A stretch of 64,000 bases of DNA from an uncultured virus (IMG/VR IMGVR_UViG_3300022833_000006) (Duplodnaviria > Heunggongvirae > Uroviricota > Caudoviricetes > Crassvirales), in the IMG/VR virus record IMGVR_UViG_3300022833_000006; one strand, given 5' to 3'. The notes under the pieces are model-generated. The model ran no database searches and was not told where the DNA came from. It was given only the letters and a program-made list of their open reading frames with translations. Numbering within the stretch: position 1 is the stretch's first letter; each line of letters opens with the position of its first letter. Both the position numbers and the translations under genes were made by a program. Positions 8,833-18,326 of the stretch are shown here, piece by piece.

Positions 8833-11214
8833 ATGGGAAAATTTACATTAAGATCAGCACCAAGACAAAGATTATCACGTTCTGCTAAAACTTCTAAATG
8901 GAGAAAAAGCAATGTAGATTACGGAGATAACTATTCATTTTACCATAATGACGTAGTTAGATCTACTTTACAAAACAAAGTAAGTAATTTACATTTATTT
9001 AATGGAATAGTAGATAGAAGAGATATACAAAAAGTTATAAATCCTTTTGGGTTAGATGCTTCTTATGTTCCTGATAATATACCACATCACCCTATTGCAG
9101 TTCCTAAAATAGAATTGTTAGTTGGTGAAGAAATAAATAGACGTACTGAGTTTAGTGCAATTATAACTAACCCAAATGCTATTTCTCAAAAAGAAGAAAG
9201 TAAAAAACAATTTCTTGTAAAAAGTTTAGCTTCATTGATTGAACAATCTGAAGACCCTGCTGAATTAGAAAAGCAGATGAAACAATTAAGTAAAGAAGTT
9301 AGATCTTGGCAAGATTCTAGAGAGTTGTTAATTAACAGGTTACTTACTCATTATTCAATTGAATTATCTTTTGATAAAAAATTTAACGGGGGTTTTAAAG
9401 ATGCATTGTTATTTGCAGAAGAAATTTATCAATGTGATATAGAAAACAATGAACCTACAATGGAAAAATTAAATCCATTAAAAGTTCATGCTGTACGTGG
9501 TGGTAATTCATCTAGAATAGAAGATTGTGATTTAATTATATTAGAAGATCATTGGTCTCCAGGAAAAATAGTAGATATATATCATGAAGAATTAAAACCT
9601 AAAGAAATTGATGATATAATGGGTTACAGCACAGGCAGCAGTAGCTCAAATGATAATTTTACAGACGATGAAAATAATCATTTATTTATAAGAGATACAG
9701 ACGTAAATGGTAATGTTATTGATGACTATATAGGATTAGCAGAAATAAACGGTCATAGTTTTAATCCTAATTATACAGATAATCAAGGTAACATTAGAGT
9801 GTTAAGAGTTTATTGGGCATCTCTTAAAAAATTACTTAAAGTAAAATTTTACGATGATAATGGTGACGTTCAATATAAAATGATGGACGAAAATTACATT
9901 ATAGATGAAAATGCAGGTGAAGAAGTAAAATTACTTTGGATTAAAGAATTTTGGGAAGGTACATTGTTAGGTAAAGATATTTACGTTAATATGAAACCTA
10001 AAAGAGTACAATATAATAAACTAAACAATCCTTCTTATTCTCACGCAGGTATAATTGGTGAAATATATAATACTAACCAAGGTAGAGCTGTTTCCATGAT
10101 GGATAGAGCAAAAAACTATCAATACATGTATGATATTATATGGGACAGAGTAAATAAAGGAATACAAAAGAATTACGGTAAAATACTTGAATTAGACTTA
10201 GCTTCTGTACCAGATAACTGGGAAATAGATAAGTGGATGCACTTTGCTGTTGTAAATGGTATTGCAGTTAAAGATAGTTTTAAAGAAAGTAACAAAGGTG
10301 GATCTACAGGTAAATTAGCTGGTAGTATGCAACAATCAAAAGGTTATTTTGACATGGAAACTGGTCAGTATTTACAGCAACAAATAATGATGCTAGAATA
10401 CATTAAAACTGAAATGGGTGAAGTAATGGGTATCTCTAGACAAAGAGAAGGTCAAGTAGCCAATAGAGAAACAGTTGGTGGTGTAGAAAGATCAGTAAAT
10501 CAATCAAGTCATATTACTGAATGGTGGTTTATGAAACATGAAGATGTTAAACGTAGAGTAATGCAATGTTTTATTGATACAGCTAAAATTGCACTTAAAG
10601 GTTCTAACAAAAAAGCTCAATATATATTAGATGATCAATCTATAGAAACTTTAAATTTAGATTTTAATGATATTGCTGAAGTAGACTTTGGTATAGCAAT
10701 TACTAGTTCTACTAAAACTCAAGAATTAAAACAAACTTTACAATCATTAGCACAATCATTTATGCAAAATGGTGGTTCTTTTGCAACGGTAATGGATATT
10801 TATTTATCACCATCACTTGCTGACATGAGAAGAAGAATAGAAAGTGCTGAAGAAGATGCTCAAGAAAAATCTCAAGAACAAGCTAAAGCTCAAAGTAAAC
10901 AACAAGAAGCTTTAATGCAACAACAAGCTGCTGATCAACAAGCTGATAGAGATCTTAAAAAGTATGAAATAGATACTAAAGCTGATGTTGATATGAAAAA
11001 AGCAATTATGCAATCTACACATCAAATGTTAGACAGAGATGTTAATGATGATGGTATAGAAGAAGTTGTTGATCCTTTAGAAATTCAAAAACATAAAGAT
11101 GATATAATGATAAAACTTAAACAAATGAGTAACGATATGTCTATGCATAATGATAATTTAACAATAGAAGAAAAGAAAATAGCAGCATCTAAATTAAAAA
11201 ACAATAGTAAATAA
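8833..11214 (+). CDS. portal protein
   Basis: 793 aa after TerL; PKIELLVGEE, GISRQREGQ and a Gln-rich coiled C-terminus typical of crAss/podoviral portals. Confidence 0.88.
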   Translation: MGKFTLRSAPRQRLSRSAKTSKWRKSNVDYGDNYSFYHNDVVRSTLQNKVSNLHLFNGIVDRRDIQKVINPFGLDASYVPDNIPHHPIAVPKIELLVGEEINRRTEFSAIITNPNAISQKEESKKQFLVKSLASLIEQSEDPAELEKQMKQLSKEVRSWQDSRELLINRLLTHYSIELSFDKKFNGGFKDALLFAEEIYQCDIENNEPTMEKLNPLKVHAVRGGNSSRIEDCDLIILEDHWSPGKIVDIYHEELKPKEIDDIMGYSTGSSSSNDNFTDDENNHLFIRDTDVNGNVIDDYIGLAEINGHSFNPNYTDNQGNIRVLRVYWASLKKLLKVKFYDDNGDVQYKMMDENYIIDENAGEEVKLLWIKEFWEGTLLGKDIYVNMKPKRVQYNKLNNPSYSHAGIIGEIYNTNQGRAVSMMDRAKNYQYMYDIIWDRVNKGIQKNYGKILELDLASVPDNWEIDKWMHFAVVNGIAVKDSFKESNKGGSTGKLAGSMQQSKGYFDMETGQYLQQQIMMLEYIKTEMGEVMGISRQREGQVANRETVGGVERSVNQSSHITEWWFMKHEDVKRRVMQCFIDTAKIALKGSNKKAQYILDDQSIETLNLDFNDIAEVDFGIAITSSTKTQELKQTLQSLAQSFMQNGGSFATVMDIYLSPSLADMRRRIESAEEDAQEKSQEQAKAQSKQQEALMQQQAADQQADRDLKKYEIDTKADVDMKKAIMQSTHQMLDRDVNDDGIEEVVDPLEIQKHKDDIMIKLKQMSNDMSMHNDNLTIEEKKIAASKLKNNSK

Positions 11215-11260
11215 ACGCTATTACACAAACTTAAATATAGTAAAGATATACCTTTATAAG

Positions 11261-11293
11261 TTTGGAACATACAACAAAATATTAATATATTTG
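11261..11293 (+). promoter_or_regulatory. Bacteroidota-type promoter (TTTG-N21-TATATTTG)
   Basis: TTTG 11261-11264, TATATTTG 11286-11293, immediately before ATG 11298. Confidence 0.6.
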
Positions 11294-11297
11294 CACA

Positions 11298-12395
11298 ATG
11301 GAAGACGATAACGATTTAAACATGGATATGCTTATTGAAGTAGATGGAGAATTAAATCCTTTTACTGATGAAGAAGTTATAGACGAAAAAAAACCAGTAA
11401 AACCTACTGAAGAAAACCAAGACGAGGATCTAATAGATTCAGAGAGCGTAGTTGAGGATAATGATATTGAAGATGATATTGATGAAGATAGTGAGGGAGA
11501 TGATACGTCTTCTTCAAATCCAAATCTATTCAAATCCCTTGCTACTCTTCTTAAAGAAAAAGCATTAATCTCATCTGAAGATTTTGAAGTCAGTGACGAA
11601 GATTCTTTTGTAGAACTTTTTAAAAAAGAAATTGAAAAAAATGAACTTTCAGATTTAAGTGAAATTCAAAAAAGTTATCTTAATCAAATTAGAGAAGGTA
11701 TTCCTCACGAAAAAGTAACTAAAGATTTACAACAATTAGATCAATTAAATACAGTTACTGATGAAGTGTTAGATTCAGACTCTGATCTTAGAAAAAGAGT
11801 TATATTTCAAGACTTTGTTAATAGAGGTTATAGTGAAGAAAAAGCAAACAAACATGTTCAAAGATCATTAGAACTAGATGTAGATGTTGAAGACGCTAAG
11901 GAAGCAATGCTTTCTATTAGAGAATTTACACAAGCTAGAATGGACAAAGAAAACTTGAAAATTAAAAGTGATTCTGATATTCAAGAAAAAACAAAAGAAG
12001 ATAATATTAAAAAAATTACAAAAGAAATAGAATCAATCAAAGAAATTATTCCTGGTTACGCTGTTTCTGATAATATTAAAACAAAGATTAAAGATAATAT
12101 GTTTAAAGTAATAGGTGACAATCCTATTACAAATCAACCAGAAAATTCTCTTATGAAATTTCAAAGAGAAAATCCACTTGATTTTGATAAAAAACTTTAT
12201 TATCTATATACTATTACTAATGGTTTTAAAAACTTTGATTCTATTAAACAGGATAGTCAAAGTAAAGCAATTCAAGATTTAGAAAGCGCTTTTAATTCCA
12301 CTACTAAAATGAATGACCCAGGTTCACCATCATATCTTCAAGACCCAGATAGCTATTTTATAGACTTGAAAGGTGATGAGATTGTTGTTGATTAA
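11298..12395 (+). CDS. acidic head assembly (scaffold-like) protein
   Basis: Very acidic N-terminus, helical; lies between portal and MCP as in crAss-like phages. Confidence 0.7.
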   Translation: MEDDNDLNMDMLIEVDGELNPFTDEEVIDEKKPVKPTEENQDEDLIDSESVVEDNDIEDDIDEDSEGDDTSSSNPNLFKSLATLLKEKALISSEDFEVSDEDSFVELFKKEIEKNELSDLSEIQKSYLNQIREGIPHEKVTKDLQQLDQLNTVTDEVLDSDSDLRKRVIFQDFVNRGYSEEKANKHVQRSLELDVDVEDAKEAMLSIREFTQARMDKENLKIKSDSDIQEKTKEDNIKKITKEIESIKEIIPGYAVSDNIKTKIKDNMFKVIGDNPITNQPENSLMKFQRENPLDFDKKLYYLYTITNGFKNFDSIKQDSQSKAIQDLESAFNSTTKMNDPGSPSYLQDPDSYFIDLKGDEIVVD

Positions 12396-12425
12396 TTATA
12401 AATAAAAACAAAAAAAATAAAAATT

Positions 12426-13937
12426 ATGAGTGTAGGTAAATTTGTGATGACTCATGCAAAATCGTTCACTGGTCTAACCACTAGGAATCACCTTGGAGCC
12501 ATTTGGCATCAGGCTCCTCAGATGGCTACTAAGATCACCACGCAATTATTGCAACAGTCAGGAATGAAAAACATTGATTCAATGTTGAGTATGTTTCCAG
12601 TTAAATATTTTGATACAGATGATGATTTCATCTGGAAATTAGCAGGTAGTTCTGAAAGAAACATTCCACTTGTGGAAGCTGTTTTTGAAGGATCTGTTGT
12701 TGATGCAAATACAACAGGCGTAGGTGCTGGTAGATTACCTTTTCAATTAGTATTTGAAGAGCCATATTTTACAGACATCATGCAAATTGCTGGGGAAAAC
12801 CCAGACACTTACCGTGTAATCCTTACAAGTGATGCTCGTCCTGATGGAACGAATCGTTTTGTATATGATGCAGAGGTATTTGGTGATGAAAGTTCTCTAT
12901 CTGGTATTCCAGGAACAGAATTAGTACCACAATCTAGATGGAGCATTGAAGGAGCTCCAGTTGAAGATGAGCTATCTATTAAAGGTGCTGGTATTCAGTT
13001 TAATACTCCTTATACTATGAGAAACTCTTTTTCATACATCCGTATGGAACATAAAGTTTCTGGTAAATTAATTGATACTAAGTTAACAGGTACAATGGGT
13101 GTATCAGCTACTATCCCCACGCGTGATAGTAAAACTGGTAAAATTCATGAATCTACTACTTGGATGCAAGAAGTGTATTGGCAATTTGAGCAAGCAATTG
13201 CTAAAATTAAATCCCGTACTCAATTCTTTGGTAAGACTAACCGTGATGATAACGGACGTTATCTAAACACTGGTAAATCTAGTATTACTATTAAAGCTGG
13301 TTCAGGTATTCGTGAGCAAATGGAAGTTTCTAATACAAGTTTTTATAACTTATTTAGTCTTCGTTTACTTACTGATATGTTATCTGAATTATCTGAAGGT
13401 AAACTTGATTTTGGTGAACGTAAGTTTGTAATCAAAACTGGTGAACGTGGTGCTATTCAATTTCATGAAGGTGTAACTAAAGAAGCAATGGGATGGACTT
13501 CCCTTGGGTTTGATAATACAAACGTAAATGTTCTTAAGTCTACAAGTTCTAAAATGCACGATAATTCACTTACTGGTGGATTTCAATTTACTGAATGGAA
13601 AGCTCCAAACGGTGTTACAGTAACTATTGATGTAGATCCTTTCTATGATGATAAAATACGTAACAAAACTCTTCACCCTAATGGTGGTGTAGCTGAATCT
13701 TATAGATATGACATTTTCTATATTGGATCTACACAAGAACCAAACATACAGAAATGTATGGTTAAAGGAGAAGATGAACTTCGTGGATACCAAGCTGGTA
13801 TTAGAGATCCGTTTACGGGTCGTAGAGGTGGTACTATGAGTAGAATGGAAGATTCTGCTACTATTACAGCAATGTGTACAATCGGTTCTTTGGTATTGGA
13901 TCCATCAAGAACTGCAAGTCTATTACCTAACGTATAA
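12426..13937 (+). CDS. major capsid protein (crAss-type, HK97 fold)
   Basis: 503 aa; GLTTRNHLG, GSGIREQME and HPNGGVAESYRY motifs; CGT-rich codon usage typical of highly expressed genes; synteny. Confidence 0.9.
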   Translation: MSVGKFVMTHAKSFTGLTTRNHLGAIWHQAPQMATKITTQLLQQSGMKNIDSMLSMFPVKYFDTDDDFIWKLAGSSERNIPLVEAVFEGSVVDANTTGVGAGRLPFQLVFEEPYFTDIMQIAGENPDTYRVILTSDARPDGTNRFVYDAEVFGDESSLSGIPGTELVPQSRWSIEGAPVEDELSIKGAGIQFNTPYTMRNSFSYIRMEHKVSGKLIDTKLTGTMGVSATIPTRDSKTGKIHESTTWMQEVYWQFEQAIAKIKSRTQFFGKTNRDDNGRYLNTGKSSITIKAGSGIREQMEVSNTSFYNLFSLRLLTDMLSELSEGKLDFGERKFVIKTGERGAIQFHEGVTKEAMGWTSLGFDNTNVNVLKSTSSKMHDNSLTGGFQFTEWKAPNGVTVTIDVDPFYDDKIRNKTLHPNGGVAESYRYDIFYIGSTQEPNIQKCMVKGEDELRGYQAGIRDPFTGRRGGTMSRMEDSATITAMCTIGSLVLDPSRTASLLPNV

Positions 13938-13953
13938 GGTAATATATATTTTG

Positions 13954-13990
13954 ATCAGACTACAGGAAACTAAATCCTGTAGTTTCTGAT
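13954..13990 (+). terminator. stem-loop after MCP (terminator or RNA stabiliser)
   Basis: ATCAGA-CTACAGGA / TCCTGTAG-TT-TCTGAT inverted repeat; weak U tract. Confidence 0.55.
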
Positions 13991-14022
13991 TAATTACAAA
14001 ACAAAACAAAGAAGAAGACAAA

Positions 14023-14883
14023 ATGAATAAAGAAGTAAATTTTAAATTGCCAAATAAAAAAGTAATTGTTCGTTACATACGAAGAAAAGCAGGAATGGCA
14101 AGTAACGTTGATGATAAACACGTTATATCAGGTGGGATGTTAAATGGATCAACACGTAAGTATTGTACACCATTAACAAAACAAAAAACTATTAAAAATG
14201 TTCTTACAAATAATGAAAAAGACTTTTTAGAAGATACAATGGGAATTGAACTTTCTGTTTATAAAAATACTGAATTTTGGGCAACCAGAAATGTATCTTT
14301 AAGAAAAGGAGATAACTATTTAGATTTACTTAACCCAGTTGACTATATTGATTATAAAATACTATTAGGTAACACTAAAGAAATAGTTGTAGGTTTAGAA
14401 AATATTAATAAAGATCTTAAATTCAAATTTGTTATTATAGAAGAAGGTGAAGAAAATGAAGTTAAAAGAAACAATTTTTCAACTAAAAAAGAAGCATTTA
14501 AATTATATTCTAAGATAGAAGATTCTCAAGAAACATTACGTAGTATAGTTAAACTTGTAGAAAACAAAGCAATATCTAAAACAGCAGATGTAAAGTGGTT
14601 ACAAGGGCAAGTTGAAGGTATTATAGAAAATAAACCTGAACAATTTGTATCACTAATGAAAGATACAAATTATGAAATTAAAATGTTATTATCTAATGCA
14701 GAAGATGCAGAAGTAGTAATAAAAAAGAATCGTAGATATTCTACAGCAGATGGTTTAGATTTATGTTTAGAAGGAGAAATAGCAACGTTTGAAAACGCAG
14801 TAAGATATCTTTCAAATCCATTAAATCAAGAATTAGTAGATATTATAGAAGCTAAAACTAAGAAAGCAATTAAAAGTAAATAA
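14023..14883 (+). CDS. crAss-like protein downstream of MCP
   Basis: Synteny; LDLLNPVDYIDYKIL motif. Confidence 0.65.
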   Translation: MNKEVNFKLPNKKVIVRYIRRKAGMASNVDDKHVISGGMLNGSTRKYCTPLTKQKTIKNVLTNNEKDFLEDTMGIELSVYKNTEFWATRNVSLRKGDNYLDLLNPVDYIDYKILLGNTKEIVVGLENINKDLKFKFVIIEEGEENEVKRNNFSTKKEAFKLYSKIEDSQETLRSIVKLVENKAISKTADVKWLQGQVEGIIENKPEQFVSLMKDTNYEIKMLLSNAEDAEVVIKKNRRYSTADGLDLCLEGEIATFENAVRYLSNPLNQELVDIIEAKTKKAIKSK

Positions 14884-14885
14884 TA

Positions 14886-15626
14886 ATGACTGCATTAGGA
14901 TTTAAAGAAAATTTTAATTTACTATATAATAACATTAATTCAATGGCTAGCCCAGGACTTGATGATTATGAAATATCATTATTATTAACATTAGCTCAAG
15001 AAGAGTTAGTTAAAAATTATAATGATCCAAAAAGTAATAGTAAATTAGAAGGATTTGAAGGTTCTGATAAAAGAAGAGTAGATTTAAAAGAGTTAATAAC
15101 TAACTACGTAACAGATACCCCTCTTGTAAATCAAAGTTATAAGCTTTCTAATAATTCAGTTATATATCAAATACCATCAAACGTATTTCTTATTAAACAA
15201 GAATCAGTAAAAATTGAAGACCCATGTTCTTTAGGTAAATCAACAGCTTTTAAACAAGTTGGTGTAATACCAAAAACACATGATGAGTATAATACTCAAA
15301 TAAATAATCCATTTAAAAGACCAAATGATAAAAAAGTTTGGAGATTAGATTACAATTCAAGTGAACCTGGCAGTAACATTATTGAATTAATATCTAGTGT
15401 CCCAATTTTAGAGTATCAAATGAGATATTTGAAATATCCTAAAGCTATTATTGTAAATAATATATCACCTAATTTAGCTATTAACGGTGATTTCTTACAA
15501 CAAACTTCTGAATTAAATATAGAAATTCATAGTGAAATTGTAAGAAGAGCTGTTGAGTTATCTAAATTATCTTATAAATACGATTCACTTGGAAATTTTG
15601 TAGATTTATATAAAAGAAAAGAATAA
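14886..15626 (+). CDS. ring / head-tail connector protein
   Basis: PGLDDYEISLLLTLAQEELVK, GFEGSDKRR, NPFKRP, YLKYP and HSEIV motifs; synteny. Confidence 0.7.
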   Translation: MTALGFKENFNLLYNNINSMASPGLDDYEISLLLTLAQEELVKNYNDPKSNSKLEGFEGSDKRRVDLKELITNYVTDTPLVNQSYKLSNNSVIYQIPSNVFLIKQESVKIEDPCSLGKSTAFKQVGVIPKTHDEYNTQINNPFKRPNDKKVWRLDYNSSEPGSNIIELISSVPILEYQMRYLKYPKAIIVNNISPNLAINGDFLQQTSELNIEIHSEIVRRAVELSKLSYKYDSLGNFVDLYKRKE

Positions 15627-15648
15627 TAATAATTTAAATTAAATTAAA

Positions 15649-16653
15649 ATGAGTGTAATAGGAGTAAATCAAGTAGGTCACCTTCTTATTGGTGAAACGT
15701 ATAATGGGGATCCTAACTTTAGCAACTTTAATGATGCTGATGATAAATCTTTACAAATAGTATCTAAAAATTCGGCGTCATTAGTAGCTGGTCCTTTTAA
15801 AATATTTCAAAAAGCTGACGGTATCCCTGGTGGATTTAAGTTTAGTGAAATAATTGACCCAGCTAACATTGAACATATAACAGCAGTTAAACATGTTGCT
15901 GCTGAAAATAGAATTTTAAAAGCAGCAGGTTTTTCAGGAACTGTTAGAGGTAATGTTACTTATCAAGTAATGATTCGTTTACTAAATGATGGTGGTACAT
16001 TATCACCAGAAAATTTTAGATTTATTAATGGGTTCTATGTAACCCCAGGTGATGCTACTGGCTTAGCTTTTTCAGATGTTTTAGCTGGTATAAAACTTAA
16101 TCTAGAAAAAACGTTAGCTAAAGAAGCTAATACATCTTTTTCAATTACTACTGATTCTAACAGTTTGTCTGTAGAAACAGGAACTAGAAGTTTTGCATTA
16201 GGTAAAAAAGATGGTCGCCCTGTAGAATTTGACCTTCAAGTAGCAGTTAGAGATAATGGTGGTGATAACACTGTATCAGATGCTCGTTATAATGACCTTA
16301 GTGTTGTAGTAACACAGGCAGGTGGTGCTGGTTCTGGAACAGGTAATCAAGTTGCTAATTTAGAATGGTGTAGAGCAGGTGAAGAAGGTGATAGATATCG
16401 TATGATAGGGTATCCTAATAACTTTGATACGCCTTACTTTGCAAATCCAAGTAAAACTTATCACATGATTAATATTGCATATTACCAAGCGCGTACTTCT
16501 GTAAATGTTGAAAGACAATACAGAGTAGCTCAAATTGCAGTAGACAATGCTGATCAAGATGCAGGTGGAGCAGGAACAGCATTTACAGCAGTTAATGCTT
16601 TAATAGCTGATTTAGAAACAGTAACAGGTAAAACAATAGCTGATTTATCTTAA
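15649..16653 (+). CDS. structural protein, probable auxiliary capsid protein
   Basis: 334 aa, Gly/Ala-rich, ANLEW..GEEGDRYRMIGYPNN motif; followed by a terminator. Confidence 0.6.
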   Translation: MSVIGVNQVGHLLIGETYNGDPNFSNFNDADDKSLQIVSKNSASLVAGPFKIFQKADGIPGGFKFSEIIDPANIEHITAVKHVAAENRILKAAGFSGTVRGNVTYQVMIRLLNDGGTLSPENFRFINGFYVTPGDATGLAFSDVLAGIKLNLEKTLAKEANTSFSITTDSNSLSVETGTRSFALGKKDGRPVEFDLQVAVRDNGGDNTVSDARYNDLSVVVTQAGGAGSGTGNQVANLEWCRAGEEGDRYRMIGYPNNFDTPYFANPSKTYHMINIAYYQARTSVNVERQYRVAQIAVDNADQDAGGAGTAFTAVNALIADLETVTGKTIADLS

Positions 16654-16667
16654 TATTTTTAACTTAT

Positions 16668-16693
16668 AGAGGGGAGAAATCCCCTCTTTATTT
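16668..16693 (+). terminator. rho-independent terminator
   Basis: AGAGGGGA-GAAA-TCCCCTCT followed by TTATTT. Confidence 0.75.
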
Positions 16694-16701
16694 AAGTACA
16701 T

Positions 16702-17229
16702 ATGCAAATTACACAATTTAATATAGTAAATAATACTTTAGTTTTAGAAATAACAGATGCATCAAGTGCATCTTTATTGCGTTTTTGGAATAATAAAACT
16801 TATAAAGATTTTAATTTAGCTATAGATTTTTCAAGTAAACTTACAGGAGCATCAACTGAAAATATAGTATTAACATTGTCAGATATAAATGAATCTGTAA
16901 TTGATGGTATTTATTTTATTGAAGTTGAAGACAGTGATGGTGTTTCAATTGCATATACATATAGTTTTGTAAAATACAAAGAATGTATTTTAGATAAAAT
17001 TATAAAAAATATAAAATGTAATGATTGTTTAGATTATTTTGATGAAGATACAACTAATGCTCATTCATTATTAATTGCAACAACTTACGCATTAGAATTA
17101 GGATTTATAGAAGTTGCATTAAGTAATTTAAATGCTTTAGATAAATATTGTAGTAATAAATGTAAATCTTGTAATTCATATAGTAACATTGTAGATAATT
17201 CATTATTTTCATTAAACGATCCTAATTAA
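16702..17229 (+). CDS. Cys-containing structural protein (possible tail hub)
   Basis: Position after the capsid genes; C-terminal Cys cluster. Confidence 0.5.
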   Translation: MQITQFNIVNNTLVLEITDASSASLLRFWNNKTYKDFNLAIDFSSKLTGASTENIVLTLSDINESVIDGIYFIEVEDSDGVSIAYTYSFVKYKECILDKIIKNIKCNDCLDYFDEDTTNAHSLLIATTYALELGFIEVALSNLNALDKYCSNKCKSCNSYSNIVDNSLFSLNDPN

Positions 17230-17233
17230 AAAT

Positions 17234-18181
17234 ATGTCAAATTTAAATAAACAAATAATAGCTTCTACGACTAATGCTTTGTATAAAAAAGCTAAAAAAA
17301 CTGGATATTTAAATTTAAAAAAAATAAATGTTCTTTATCTTTATGATTATTACATGTCATTTGTTAAAAACGTTGTTGAATATAATGATGAATATGTAAT
17401 TTTAAGGCAAGCTATATATCAATTAAAAGCTGAATTAGAAGGTATATGTGATTACAAATCTATATTACCTAATCTTATTGTTGTTCCAAATATAACTCCT
17501 GATAATACAGCACCACAAATGCTTCAACCTATTAGTGTAAATTTAGGTAATAATAATAATACTTATATTTTAGATATAAGTGAATTTACTGAAGACAATT
17601 ATTTTGATCAAAACAATGATTTATTAAAAGGTATTTATTTATATATATCTCAAGTTAATACAGGTACTTTTACATATAAAGAAATGCCTTTAACTAATGA
17701 TATTTATGTAAATCCTTCTGATTTATCTAAAATAATTTATACGCCTAATGATAGTATTTATACTGTTGTATTACCATACAGAATAGACGATGTAAATATT
17801 AATTCTTTATATAGTAATATATATAATTTTACAATAAATGTAAACAGAACGTTTATTACTAATGAAAAAGCAACAATAGGAGACGTTACTATATATGTAG
17901 ATAACAGAGAAATTACACCAATAACATTAACAATGTTAACTAATGAATATAATGATCCAGAAGGAGATATTTTAGATGCAATAAGAATAGATGAAATATC
18001 TAGTGCTAATTTAGGTACTTTTTATTATAATAATTTACCATTAGTTATAAATTTAGTTATTTCAAAAGACGACATTGTAAATGGTTTAATAGAACACAGA
18101 TCAATTAATCAAGATGGGATATCGTCAGATGTATTTAATTTTTCAATTAGAGATTCTGGAAGTTTAACATGGGTAGAATAA
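17234..18181 (+). CDS. virion protein with two cadherin/Ig-like repeats
   Basis: Repeats YFDQNND...YRIDD and YNDPEGD...FNFSIRDSGS; similar to 23428..24162. Confidence 0.6.
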   Translation: MSNLNKQIIASTTNALYKKAKKTGYLNLKKINVLYLYDYYMSFVKNVVEYNDEYVILRQAIYQLKAELEGICDYKSILPNLIVVPNITPDNTAPQMLQPISVNLGNNNNTYILDISEFTEDNYFDQNNDLLKGIYLYISQVNTGTFTYKEMPLTNDIYVNPSDLSKIIYTPNDSIYTVVLPYRIDDVNINSLYSNIYNFTINVNRTFITNEKATIGDVTIYVDNREITPITLTMLTNEYNDPEGDILDAIRIDEISSANLGTFYYNNLPLVINLVISKDDIVNGLIEHRSINQDGISSDVFNFSIRDSGSLTWVE

Positions 18182-18185
18182 AAAA

Positions 18186-18326
18186 ATGGCTATATTTAAT
18201 ATAACAAGTAAAAAAGGTAAGTTAATAAGTTTAACTATAGATGATATTAATCTTTCAATAGATAATACTTTTTTTCACATAAGTGAAGATTTAATTAGAG
18301 AAATAGATTATTTAAACAATATATAA
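18186..18326 (+). CDS. small hypothetical protein (46 aa, MAIFNITSKK...)
   Basis: Read manually; TAATG overlap with the tail fibre gene. Confidence 0.5.
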   Translation: MAIFNITSKKGKLISLTIDDINLSIDNTFFHISEDLIREIDYLNNI

